A DNA stretch of 32,000 nucleotides, from positions 660,001 through 692,000 of the forward strand of contig NZ_CP195536.1 of the NCBI RefSeq assembly GCF_051307035.1, read 5' to 3'. A model generated the notes under the pieces. It was not told the DNA's origin. It was given only the letters and a program-made list of their open reading frames with translations, and searched no databases. A program made the position numbers and the translations under genes. Each line of letters starts with the position of its first letter. The first letter of the stretch is position 1. Positions 1 through 9,765 of the stretch are shown here, one piece after another. This stretch comes from Psychrobacter sp. DM4. GTDB taxonomy: Bacteria; Pseudomonadota; Gammaproteobacteria; Pseudomonadales; Moraxellaceae.

Positions 1-45
1 ACTACAGTACAAAAAGCAATTGATTATGTACAGGCTCAGCTATAA
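1..45 (+). CDS. 3' end of an unidentified gene (partial, runs off the left edge)
   Basis: Frame 1 is open from base 1 (TTVQKAIDYVQAQL) to TAA at 43-45. A strong intrinsic terminator follows 30 bp downstream. Too short to identify. Confidence 0.3.
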   Translation, partial: TTVQKAIDYVQAQL

Positions 46-74
46 TCGCTTTATAACTAATATGCTCTATTTAG

Positions 75-104
75 CCGCTTATCTTTTAGATAGGCGGTTT
101 TTTT
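75..104 (+). terminator. Rho-independent terminator of the upstream partial gene
   Basis: 10-bp stem ccgcttatct / agataggcgg (one G-U pair), 3-nt loop, then a run of 7 T. Confidence 0.7.
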
Positions 105-258
105 ATGTTTTATGTTCTTTAGAAAAAATACTTATAAGACTTGAGGTTTAACATTATTCAACATACCGTTACTATGCAAAGGTATCGGGTTTGCTATACT
201 CGATAGCGCAAATAAAAGATGTATAAGGTATTAATAACAATAGCGAAGGAGCAACAAT

Positions 259-768
259 ATGGGAATGTTCAGTTTTGCAAAGGATATAGGTGACAAAATT
301 TTTAACCGTGATGATGACAAGCATGATGCTAAGACAGAAACAAAAGCTGAGGCTAATACGCAAGTAAAATCGAGCGAGCCATCAGCTCAGTCTGTAGCCA
401 GTTTATTGCTACGCCGTATTCAGCAGCAAAACCTCGATATCAGTAATCTAAAAGTCAAATATAATGGCTCAACAGATACTGCTGAGATTAGTGGTGATGC
501 AAAAACTCAAGCGGATCGCGAAAAAGCAATTATCGCCATCGGTAACGTTCAGAACGTTGCAAAAGTCATAGACAACATCAATATCGAAGAAGATGCGCCT
601 GAGTCTACTATGTATACTGTAAAATCTGGTGATAGCTTATCTAAAATTGCACAGAATGTTTATGGCTCGTCTGGCGACTACATGAAAATATTTGAAGCCA
701 ATAAACCTATGCTATCTGATCCAGATAAAATTTATCCTGGTCAAGTATTGCGTATTCCTAAGCCATAA
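259..768 (+). CDS. kbp: LysM/BON-domain potassium-binding protein Kbp (YgaU) homologue
   Basis: The N-terminus MGMFSFAKDIGDKIF and the C-terminal LysM segment YTVKSGDSLSKIAQNVYG...YMKIFEANKPMLSDPDKIYPGQVLRIP closely match E. coli YgaU/Kbp as I remember it. SD aaggag lies 7 nt upstream of the ATG. Confidence 0.85.
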   Translation: MGMFSFAKDIGDKIFNRDDDKHDAKTETKAEANTQVKSSEPSAQSVASLLLRRIQQQNLDISNLKVKYNGSTDTAEISGDAKTQADREKAIIAIGNVQNVAKVIDNINIEEDAPESTMYTVKSGDSLSKIAQNVYGSSGDYMKIFEANKPMLSDPDKIYPGQVLRIPKP

Positions 769-796
769 GTAATAATCAGATTGATATAGACACACT

Positions 797-830
797 AAAA
801 ACGCCTCTTATAGTAAGGGGCGTTTATGGT
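797..830. terminator. Bidirectional terminator between convergent kbp and queG
   Basis: Stem acgcctctta / taaggggcgt with a 3-nt loop. An A-run lies on the left (T-run for the minus strand) and T-rich sequence on the right. Confidence 0.6.
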
Positions 831-831
831 T

Positions 832-2058
832 TTACATAGAGTATAACTTGCTGCGTTGTTCCTTAATTGCCCATCGAATGTGCTCATCGAGCATGTCGCC
901 ATAAATAGCTAGCTTCGACTCAAGCTTATGTATCACTTTTTCGTCAGGAACAGCATTGCCTAAACCAATAGCAATGTTCCTCAAAAAACTAACGTAACCG
1001 GTACGCCTAAGCGGACTCCCTTCGGTGTTGCTCATAAAGTCAGCTTCCGTCCACTGCCATAGATCCAGTAAGCTACTACAATCTAAATGGTGCCTAGGTG
1101 CGAAGTCGTCTACGGTAGTCACCTTAGCATAGCGGTTCCAAGGGCAGATAAGCTGACAGTCATCACAGCCAAACACGCGGTTGCCTATAGCGCGGCGATA
1201 TTTGATGTCGATAGATCCCTTATGTTCAATAGTGAGATAGGAGATACAGGCTGCTGCGTTGAGCTTGTAAGGCGCAACGATAGCTTGAGTTGGGCAAATG
1301 TCGATACAAGCGCTACAACTGCCGCAATGAGCTTCTACAGGCTTGTCATCGGGTAGCTCAAGGCTGATGAAAAGTTCACCCAATACAAAAAAAGAGCCAG
1401 CTTGCTTGTTCAGTAGTAGCGTGTGCTTACCTGTCCAGCCAAGCCCAGCGGCATCAGCGATAGGTCGCTCAAATATAGGTGCTGAGTCACTAAACGGACG
1501 AAAAACAAAGGCTGCATCAGAGCCAAGATCTAAGTGTCGCCACTGCGGGAGCATCGCCTCAATCTGTAATGCTAACTGCTTGAGGCGTCCACGCATAGTT
1601 TTATGATAATCACGTCCACGGGCATAGCGAGCAATAATACCTTGATTAGGAAAGTCATCATCAGTGATGGCTCGCGGCGTTGGCGTTTGGGTCAAATAGT
1701 CCATGCGTACACTAAGAATAGTTTTGGCGCCTTCAACCAATTGCTCAGGATGCGCGCGTAGATGATGGTTGTTATGCATGAATTTGAGCTGCCCTTCAAA
1801 CCCTTTATCAAGCCACCGTTGTAGCTGCTCCAACTGCTGAGCAAACAGGGGATGATGTACAGACAAAAAGCCACAGTCAGCGAAGCCTAGAGATTTCGCT
1901 TGCGCCTTAATCCATTGTTTAACATCAAAGGCTGTCTTAAATGTCGTTAGGTTGGTTGGATTATCCATATTATTCATAGCAATTTTATCTGGCGCAGATT
2001 TGCTTGTAGACGATGGGTAAGCAGTCAAGTTACGATCTAGTTGAGGTTCGGTAGTCAT
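832..2058 (-). CDS. queG: Epoxyqueuosine reductase QueG
   Basis: Two 4Fe-4S motifs are present (CGSCSACIDICPTQAI and CDDCQLICPWNRY). Segments GLGWTGKHTLLLN, SFFVLGELF and the C-terminal LRNIAIGLGNA...LDEHIRWAI are collinear with E. coli QueG. There is a ~30 aa N-terminal extension. The start is uncertain, with an internal ATG at 1977 also possible. Confidence 0.9.
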   Translation of the reverse strand: MTTEPQLDRNLTAYPSSTSKSAPDKIAMNNMDNPTNLTTFKTAFDVKQWIKAQAKSLGFADCGFLSVHHPLFAQQLEQLQRWLDKGFEGQLKFMHNNHHLRAHPEQLVEGAKTILSVRMDYLTQTPTPRAITDDDFPNQGIIARYARGRDYHKTMRGRLKQLALQIEAMLPQWRHLDLGSDAAFVFRPFSDSAPIFERPIADAAGLGWTGKHTLLLNKQAGSFFVLGELFISLELPDDKPVEAHCGSCSACIDICPTQAIVAPYKLNAAACISYLTIEHKGSIDIKYRRAIGNRVFGCDDCQLICPWNRYAKVTTVDDFAPRHHLDCSSLLDLWQWTEADFMSNTEGSPLRRTGYVSFLRNIAIGLGNAVPDEKVIHKLESKLAIYGDMLDEHIRWAIKEQRSKLYSM

Positions 2059-2215
2059 AGATAAGAGCAGATGTTGGCTAAGATACTAATATGATAAGCT
2101 TATATACTCAGAGCGCAAGTCTAAAGATAAATCAGTTAGGACTAGTATATGAGTCATTCGTAGCCATACGTTTAAATATTAAAATAATTTTATAAAAATA
2201 ACTAGAGAGGCAATC

Positions 2216-3937
2216 ATGCCAGCTTCATTGAGTACAGTATCAAAAACGACGATGCCAATTAATCTTTATACCAGTAAGCAGGTATATGCTATGGAGCAAG
2301 CATGGTTTTCGCAGGGCTATGATAGTTTTGGGCTGATGCAACAAGCGGCTTGGCAAATCGCGCAGCACATCATAATGCTTTATGATCAAAAATATCGCAG
2401 TACTGACGCTACTAGTAAGAAGGCTTACTATGATGCGAGTCATCAGCCAAGCGCTAGTATTTGGGTCGGACCAGGTAACAATGGCGGTGATGGCTGGCTC
2501 GTCGCCCATTACTTAAAGCAAGCGAGATGGCACGTACAAGTCGTTACCGTTGGCATAGCTGATGATTTAAATGCAAGTACGACCACTATGAGCGATGCGG
2601 CAAAAGCGCGACAAGTCGTAACATTGAGTGATAGCGAACAACTAAGCTTCGATGATAGTAGCTTCGACGATAGTAGTGTTGAAGACAGTAGCGATGACAA
2701 ACAGCATAAGACATTACGTGCAGATGTGTATATTGACGCCATCTTTGGAATTGGCTTGGATCGAGCGCCATCGGGACTTTATAAACACGCTATTCAAGCC
2801 TTTAATGAAGCTTCTCAGTATCATGATACTTTGGCGGTTGCCATCGACATTCCAAGTGGACTAATTGCATCAACTGGGCAGGTCTTTGAGCGTCTCGCCA
2901 TTAATGCCAATGTTACCTTGTGCCTAGTCGCACGTAAGCTTGGCTTGCACATTAAAGATGGGAGGGATCATAGCGGAGTAGTGATTGACATACCTCTCAT
3001 TCCTTATATAGGTATCGAACCTAGTGCAATTTTGCTTACTCAAGCTTCTAGCATCCCTAAGCGTCGACAGAACAGCTACAAGGGTAGCTACGGTCATGTA
3101 TTGATCGTGGGTGGCAATCGTATTGATGGCTCACAGGGGATGGGCGGGGCGGCGATACTTGCTGCTGCTAGCACAATGGCAACGGGTGCTGGCAAGATCA
3201 CTGTTGCCTGTCATGATGCTTTTCATGGGGCATTATTAACATCATTACCTGATGCGATGACTATTGACTTGCATGATAAAGAAGGGGTTGAGGCGTTAAT
3301 CGACAATGTGAGTGTTCTCGCTATTGGAATGGGACTTGGTCGAGATCAAAAAGCGAAAGAGCTGTTTGTGCACTATTTGCAAGCGGCTATGTCGCAAGAT
3401 ATTACTATAATCATTGATGCTGACGGTCTTTATCATCTGGCATCCTTAAAAACTGATGATAACGATATTGTTTCTAGGTTGCGACGCTATAGTGCTACTC
3501 ACAAGGTTTATCTCACCCCACATAGCGGTGAGGCAGCTCGATTATTAAATCAAGAGATAGGAGCGGTCGAAAATAATAGAGTAGCAGCGATTGAGCAAGG
3601 CGTGAGCAGTTATGGGGGTCATTGGGTGCTCAAGGGAGCTGGGTCTATAGTACTAGAGAACGGGCAGGTCTATGTATGTCAGACTGGCAACGCAGGCATG
3701 GCCTCAGCAGGTATGGGCGATGTATTATCGGGAATAATCGCAGGATTATCAGCGCAACAGGACTTAATAGCGTCTTCAAATCAATTGCGTCAGGCGGTTC
3801 TTATTCACGGTAGTGCAGGCGATTTACTCGCGAATCAATCCTTTGACGATGGCTCACTGTTAGTGGGTCAACGAGGACTACAAGCACAGGATATGCCAGC
3901 AGCCATTCGTCATGTGATACAAACCTTGACCCTTTGA
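2216..3937 (+). CDS. nnr: Bifunctional NAD(P)H-hydrate repair enzyme Nnr (epimerase plus ADP-dependent dehydratase, YjeF family)
   Basis: The N-terminal YjeF_N motifs are GPGNNGGDG and DAIFGIGL. The C-terminal carbohydrate-kinase-like part has KGSYGHVLIVGG, TPHSGEAARL and GNAGMASAGMGDVLSG. SD gagagg lies 5 nt upstream. The gene is divergent from queG, as in E. coli (yjeS/yjeF). Confidence 0.9.
   Translation: MPASLSTVSKTTMPINLYTSKQVYAMEQAWFSQGYDSFGLMQQAAWQIAQHIIMLYDQKYRSTDATSKKAYYDASHQPSASIWVGPGNNGGDGWLVAHYLKQARWHVQVVTVGIADDLNASTTTMSDAAKARQVVTLSDSEQLSFDDSSFDDSSVEDSSDDKQHKTLRADVYIDAIFGIGLDRAPSGLYKHAIQAFNEASQYHDTLAVAIDIPSGLIASTGQVFERLAINANVTLCLVARKLGLHIKDGRDHSGVVIDIPLIPYIGIEPSAILLTQASSIPKRRQNSYKGSYGHVLIVGGNRIDGSQGMGGAAILAAASTMATGAGKITVACHDAFHGALLTSLPDAMTIDLHDKEGVEALIDNVSVLAIGMGLGRDQKAKELFVHYLQAAMSQDITIIIDADGLYHLASLKTDDNDIVSRLRRYSATHKVYLTPHSGEAARLLNQEIGAVENNRVAAIEQGVSSYGGHWVLKGAGSIVLENGQVYVCQTGNAGMASAGMGDVLSGIIAGLSAQQDLIASSNQLRQAVLIHGSAGDLLANQSFDDGSLLVGQRGLQAQDMPAAIRHVIQTLTL
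2645..2698 (+). repeat. In-frame 15-bp imperfect tandem repeat (about 3.6 copies) inside nnr
   Basis: The units are agcttcgatgatagt, agcttcgacgatagt, agtgttgaagacagt and agcgatgac. Together they encode SFDDS SFDDS SVEDS SDD. Confidence 0.9.
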
Positions 3938-4007
3938 AACCGGAAATTTTCTCTCAATCAGCTATTTTCTATTGATAGAAAAGCCTGTATCAGCGGTAAA
4001 GAAAGTA

Positions 4008-4508
4008 TTAAACCGTAGCACCCGTACAGTACTGAGTAATCGCTTGTTGGACGCGCTCGCGTTTTAGCTCAATTTCACGACCATCGAGATAGCGCCGCTC
4101 GCCGTTAACACCCATCTCGTAAATGCGACCACCAACATTTAAATTGGTTAGATTGTTACGTAACGATTGACAGCGCTGCGCATTGGCTTGTGCCTCTTGT
4201 TCTTGTATACGTGCTTCTAATTGCTCTACACGCTGCTGCTCTTCATCTGGTGGATTGTTATTTTGCTCGCTGTTGGTTTTACCCGCCATTTGACCTGCAT
4301 TGTTCTGTCTACCATCGCTACGAAACTCAATGACTTCAATGTTCTTGCCATTCTGCGGCGCATGTTGACTGTATTTGACCTCGCCATAAGCACCGATAGA
4401 TTTATAAACTTGAACCGCGTGGCTAGTACTCATAGACAGTAGCAAGGCACAAGCCATGCTGATGATAATAAACAACTTTGTCAAAACGGTTGTAGGCGCA
4501 TATACCAT
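4008..4508 (-). CDS. DUF4124 domain-containing secreted protein
   Basis: The signal peptide ends SHA/VQ. A DUF4124-like YKSIGAYGEVKYSQHAP motif follows, then a Gln/Glu-rich coiled segment and a C-terminal Cys...Cys pair typical of the family. SD aaagga lies 8 nt upstream. Confidence 0.6.
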   Translation of the reverse strand: MVYAPTTVLTKLFIIISMACALLLSMSTSHAVQVYKSIGAYGEVKYSQHAPQNGKNIEVIEFRSDGRQNNAGQMAGKTNSEQNNNPPDEEQQRVEQLEARIQEQEAQANAQRCQSLRNNLTNLNVGGRIYEMGVNGERRYLDGREIELKRERVQQAITQYCTGATV

Positions 4509-4558
4509 AACAACGATCCTTTAAATGATTTGAGGTGTTTGTAGCAGGGTTTTACCAT

Positions 4559-4591
4559 TTACGTCGCTATACTATTACGTCGCTATACTAT
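4559..4591. repeat. Perfect tandem duplication of a 16-bp unit (ttacgtcgctatacta x2)
   Basis: Read directly: 4559-4574 equals 4575-4590, and the next base also matches. Confidence 0.95.
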
Positions 4592-5173
4592 GAACTGGTT
4601 TACTATCAAAGTCATTAGGTAAATCTCTTATTAATACAGCTAATTTCATAAATGTCTTTACTGTCATAAGTACCTTTATGGATACTTTTCTATAATAACC
4701 AATAGTTAGGCGCAAGTGTTAGAAGTTTTTCTTGACAACAGCGCTCAAACCATCGAAAATATTAACAGTTGATTGGTCAGTGAACGGCTTTTACGATACT
4801 GCTGTGGCACTTGAAGACAAGAATCATTAGTTACTTACCGGTAGCTTATGGTGTTTTGTCATCTTTGTGGCAATGATATAAGTGTTTAATTATATTTATT
4901 GTCTCCGGACTTATCTGTCTACAATGACTAAGATAAACTTATTATTTATATACATCAATCGCGATGTTTGCACGGATAGCAAGTACGATTCACCGTACCC
5001 TGCTTGTGATGCTTGCTGATAAAATGTTTTATACTTTAGTATGCGCGTAATGGCTAATTCTAATTTTGTACTAACGCATTCATCAGTGACCTACTGGCTG
5101 TAGATAACCAGTTGTAAATAATAAGCTTCTTTATTAGATGCTCTCGCATCTTGTCCTTGTATATCGATACTCT

Positions 5174-5199
5174 TTTGTCCAAAGCGGTTTGTCCAAAGC
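5174..5199. repeat. 12-bp direct repeat tttgtccaaagc x2 with 14-bp periodicity, upstream of ilvI
   Basis: Copies at 5174-5185 and 5188-5199 are identical and separated by gg. The second copy ends about 176 bp upstream of the ATG at 5375. Confidence 0.9.
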
Positions 5200-5374
5200 T
5201 GACCTCACAAATTACTATGTTCAAACATACTTGTCTTAATGATAGTATTTTTTGGCATGGCAAATATCTATTCTTTATATAGACAAAGACTCGTTATCTC
5301 TTTGATATAAGCTAGTCAAGATTAATGATTAGTTTAATCACAAAGTAGTGATAGTCTGCGCCGAACAAAAGGTG

Positions 5375-7204
5375 ATGACAGTGACGCAAACCACGCAAAG
5401 TCCGAATATGACTGGACACACTCAAACGGCTAATGCCGCCAAAAACTTTGAAGAAAAGCAGCAGCTTATCGCTGAAGGTCAAAAAGATGTAATGCTATCT
5501 GGTGCTGAGATACTGGTACAGTCTTTGACTGATGAAGGCGTTAAGTACATTTTTGGCTATCCAGGCGGTGCGGTTCTTCATATTTATGATGCTCTGTTTC
5601 AGCAGCAAAATATTGAACATATCCTTGTGCGCCATGAGCAAGCGGCAGGTCACATGGCCGACGCTTATTCTCGAGTCACGGGTAATACTGGTGTCGTATT
5701 GGCAACCTCAGGTCCCGGAGCTACTAATACGGTAACAGCAATTGCTACCGCCTTTATGGACTCAGTACCTATGGTCGTGATTTCAGGTCAGGTGCCAAGT
5801 AGCCTGATAGGTGAGGATGCTTTCCAAGAAACAGACATGATTGGGGTATCGCGCCCTATCGTCAAACATAGCTTTCAGGTGCGTCATGCCAGCGAAATTC
5901 CTATGATTGTCAAAAAGGCTTTTTTTATCGCGCACACGGGTCGTCCAGGTCCTGTTGTGATCGATGTGCCAAAAGATATGACCGCACCGAGTGAGAAGTT
6001 CGCTTATGAGTACCCATCAGAGGTATTTATCCGCTCGTATCAGCCTTCTATTAAAGGCCATAGCGGTCAGATCAAAAAAGCCGTTGAAACGTTACTCGCG
6101 GCAAAACGTCCTGTCATCTATGCAGGCGGCGGCGTCATCTGGAGTAAGGCGCACGTAGAGCTGATCGAACTTGCGCATCGCTTAAACTTACCTGTAACCA
6201 ATACTTTGATGGGGCTAGGGACTTTCCCAGGTTCGGATCGTCAATTCTTGGGTATGTTAGGAATGCACGGCACTTATGAGGCCAATACCAGCATGCATCA
6301 TGCTGATGTTATCTTGGCAGTTGGCGCGCGTTTTGACGATCGCGTGACCAATAACGTTAAGAAGTTCTGTCCTAATGCGACGATCATTCATATCGATATC
6401 GATCCGGCGTCTATCTCAAAGACAATCTACGCTCATATTCCAATCGTTGGTGATGTCAAATCAGTATTGACAGACATGTTAGAGAACATCGGTAATGACA
6501 AACAGCTCGATCAACATGCCCTACTAGATTGGTGGTCGCAAATTAATGAGTGGCGTAAACGCCATGGTTTGCGCTATGACACTAGTACTGAGAACGGCAT
6601 CAAGCCGCAGAGCGTCGTGCAAGCTTTGGATAGAGTGACCAATAGTAATGCTATTATCACAAGCGACGTCGGTCAACATCAGATGTTTGCAGCGCTTTAT
6701 TATACTTATCTTGAGCCAGGTCAGTGGTTAAACTCTGGTGGTCTAGGGACTATGGGCGTGGGTCTGCCGTATGCGATGGCAGCCAAGCTTGCCAATCCTG
6801 ATCGCGACGTCGTCTGTATCACAGGCGAGGGCTCTATTCAGATGAATATCCAAGAGCTGTCAACGTGCTTACAATACAATCTACCAGTCAAAATCTTGAA
6901 CATAAATAACGCACAGTTGGGTATGGTCAAGCAGTGGCAGGACATGCTGTATGAAGGCCGTCATGCCCAGTCTTATATGGACTCATTGCCAGATTTTGTC
7001 AAACTTGCTGAGAGCTATGGTCATGTTGGTATCAAGATTACTGATCCTGAGACCATGGAGGCGCAAATAGAAGAAGCAATGGCGATGAAAGATCGACTGG
7101 TATTTATTGATGTCTATGTCGATCGTAACGAGCACGTGTATCCGATGCAAATCGCTGGACAGACTATGCGTGATATGTGGCTAACAAAAGGGGAGCGTAC
7201 TTAA
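5375..7204 (+). CDS. ilvI: Acetolactate synthase (AHAS III-type) large subunit
   Basis: [35 protein letters not shown] aligns with the E. coli IlvI N-terminus. The ThDP motif [18 protein letters not shown]...[14 protein letters not shown] is present. The start is uncertain: GTG 5348, ATG 5375, ATG 5408 or ATG 5492, none with a good SD. The stop at 7202-7204 is firm. Confidence 0.9.
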   Translation: MTVTQTTQSPNMTGHTQTANAAKNFEEKQQLIAEGQKDVMLSGAEILVQSLTDEGVKYIFGYPGGAVLHIYDALFQQQNIEHILVRHEQAAGHMADAYSRVTGNTGVVLATSGPGATNTVTAIATAFMDSVPMVVISGQVPSSLIGEDAFQETDMIGVSRPIVKHSFQVRHASEIPMIVKKAFFIAHTGRPGPVVIDVPKDMTAPSEKFAYEYPSEVFIRSYQPSIKGHSGQIKKAVETLLAAKRPVIYAGGGVIWSKAHVELIELAHRLNLPVTNTLMGLGTFPGSDRQFLGMLGMHGTYEANTSMHHADVILAVGARFDDRVTNNVKKFCPNATIIHIDIDPASISKTIYAHIPIVGDVKSVLTDMLENIGNDKQLDQHALLDWWSQINEWRKRHGLRYDTSTENGIKPQSVVQALDRVTNSNAIITSDVGQHQMFAALYYTYLEPGQWLNSGGLGTMGVGLPYAMAAKLANPDRDVVCITGEGSIQMNIQELSTCLQYNLPVKILNINNAQLGMVKQWQDMLYEGRHAQSYMDSLPDFVKLAESYGHVGIKITDPETMEAQIEEAMAMKDRLVFIDVYVDRNEHVYPMQIAGQTMRDMWLTKGERT

Positions 7205-7701
7205 TGCAACAACCACATCTGATTTCGGTATTAATGGAAAACGAAGCGGGTTCGTTGTCGCGCTTGGTCGGCTTGTTCTCCCAGCGCGGCTATAATATCG
7301 AGACCCTAAACGTTGCTCCAACTGACGATCCTAGTATCTCGCGTTTGACGTTGACAACGATTACCTCTCCTGAGCGAGTCGAGCAAGTCACCAAACAATT
7401 GCATAAATTGATTGAAGTGGTTAAAGTGCTCAATCTATCAGAGACCGTTCACGTTGAACGTGAGCTTATGCTGATCAAAGTTCGGGCAACGGGTAATGTT
7501 CGCGAAGAGATCAAACGTAGCGCTGATATTTTCCGTGCTCAGATCGTCGATGTGAATGCCAACTTATACACCATTCAAATCGTCGGTGATACCGCAAAAC
7601 TCGATGGTTTCATCGATACCATCGGCCGTGAGCGTGTATTAGAAGTTGTACGCTCGGGTGTTATCGGTATTGCGCGCGGCGAAAAAACGCTAAGCGTTTA
7701 A
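7204..7701 (+). CDS. ilvH: Acetolactate synthase small (regulatory) subunit
   Basis: ISVLMENEAGSLSRLVGLFSQRGYNIETLNVAPTDDPSISRLT is near-identical in pattern to E. coli IlvH. The ATG overlaps the ilvI stop (TAATG) and SD aaagggga lies upstream. The ORF-track start at 7177 is an over-extension. Confidence 0.9.
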   Translation: MQQPHLISVLMENEAGSLSRLVGLFSQRGYNIETLNVAPTDDPSISRLTLTTITSPERVEQVTKQLHKLIEVVKVLNLSETVHVERELMLIKVRATGNVREEIKRSADIFRAQIVDVNANLYTIQIVGDTAKLDGFIDTIGRERVLEVVRSGVIGIARGEKTLSV

Positions 7702-7824
7702 AATCAAATGCTTAAAGGCTTGCGCTCGATCATACGAATTTAAAAATTAACATTATGCTTATAGTAATAACCACGTTACCTTGTGGCTTTACTATAAATA
7801 TTTATTATTCATGGCATACCATGA

Positions 7825-8862
<1,038 letters not shown>

Positions 8863-8890
8863 TCGTTATTACTCTAAGTTTTTTGTTCTT

Positions 8891-8929
8891 AAGACCCATG
8901 CTATCAAATAGATAATATGGGTCTTTTTT
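8891..8929 (+). terminator. Rho-independent terminator of ilvIHC
   Basis: Stem aagacccat / atgggtctt followed by tttttt. Confidence 0.75.
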
Positions 8930-9013
8930 GCTTAGTAGGTTAACGATTTTGTCGCTATCTAGTTTTACAATCTTGTATATAAGAGCTATTAATAGAAATT
9001 GACTTGTCATCAG

Positions 9014-9042
9014 TTGAAAACAGGCAATAGCTACCTTATATA
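9014..9042 (+). promoter_or_regulatory. Candidate sigma-70 promoter (TTGAAA-17 bp-TATATA)
   Basis: Hexamers at 9014-9019 and 9037-9042 have a 17-bp spacer, about 100 bp upstream of the GTG at 9143. This is AT-rich DNA, so a chance match is possible. Confidence 0.3.
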
Positions 9043-9142
9043 GAGAAACATTATAGAATTCTCTTACAGTGTACAAAGGCTATTGGATAAAGAATTTAGC
9101 TGAACCATTTTATTTTAATGCAATTAATCATAGGCGGTAGCT

Positions 9143-9568
9143 GTGCTAATACCAAACCCTGACTGGCTAACGCCGCAATTTATATACGTCGCTTTGAGTG
9201 CGGTAGTCGCTGTTCTGATCTGGATAGAAGGGGAGATGCTCAAAACCACCGACGGCAAACTGCCCCAATCCAAATTTTTTCAATTTAGCTCACTATTAGA
9301 TACCGCTTGGTTCTTTATCTCGGTCATGATGCTCTACATTATTGACTTGACGCCTTTGGCAGTAACGGTACCTGCAGCCTATGGTATATATACCGTGTTT
9401 GGCTGGGTATATGGTACGCGTTTGCTCAGACGCAAAGGTATTCCTGACTCTGCCAAAGACTTAATCATTTCAGTAAAGTATATTGCCTATAGTCAATCGT
9501 TCTCATTGATATTCTTCTCACTATGCCTATTGGTGCTAGCCGCACCTTGGCTACCCATATTAGGTTAG
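9143..9568 (+). CDS. Hypothetical small inner-membrane protein (about 4 predicted TM segments)
   Basis: 141-codon ORF with a GTG start and SD-like aggcgg 5 nt upstream. Four hydrophobic stretches are visible. I recognise no family. Confidence 0.5.
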   Translation: MLIPNPDWLTPQFIYVALSAVVAVLIWIEGEMLKTTDGKLPQSKFFQFSSLLDTAWFFISVMMLYIIDLTPLAVTVPAAYGIYTVFGWVYGTRLLRRKGIPDSAKDLIISVKYIAYSQSFSLIFFSLCLLVLAAPWLPILG

Positions 9569-9765
9569 AACATCGAAAAATATGATAGTCCCCTGTATCG
9601 AATATTTTAGGTTTGCTAATAAGATCTGAAAAAATTATCAAGGGATTCAATTGTTTAACATAAAGTGTATTAAAAAATTATTTACAAAATTTTATGATTA
9701 ATATTACCTAGGGTAGCGAAAACTGTTATACTTAATTCATACTTATGAGACTTTGAACACGTTTT

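Noticed and set aside
172-363. 63-aa minus-strand ORF overlapping the kbp start
   Set aside because: It overlaps the SD and the first 35 codons of a strongly supported gene. The peptide is hydrophobic and low-complexity, and there is no SD.
1087-1606. Two plus-strand ORFs of 89 aa and 87 aa inside queG, with similar antisense ORFs inside nnr, wrbA, groEL (26583-27038, 27066-27287, 27441-27638), pntAA (29415-29756), DUF2254 and yihY
   Set aside because: All lie wholly within well-supported genes on the opposite strand or in another frame. They have biased low-complexity composition (Ser/Ala/Arg/Pro-rich) and lack SD motifs, which is typical of shadow ORFs.
3965-3982. AT-only palindrome ttttctat-tg-atagaaaa between nnr and the DUF4124 gene, considered as a terminator
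   Set aside because: The stem is entirely A/T with a 2-nt loop and no clear flanking T-run, so it is too weak to call.
4924-5050. Small plus-strand ORFs (31 aa and 28 aa) considered as ilv attenuator leader peptides
   Set aside because: There are no consecutive Ile/Leu/Val codon runs and no adjacent terminator/antiterminator structure, so they do not fit the enteric ilvL/ivbL model.
5060-5263. 67-aa minus-strand ORF in the ilvI upstream tract
   Set aside because: There is no SD upstream of its ATG, no recognisable domain, and AT-rich codon usage unlike the neighbouring genes. It is kept only as something transcript mapping could revisit.
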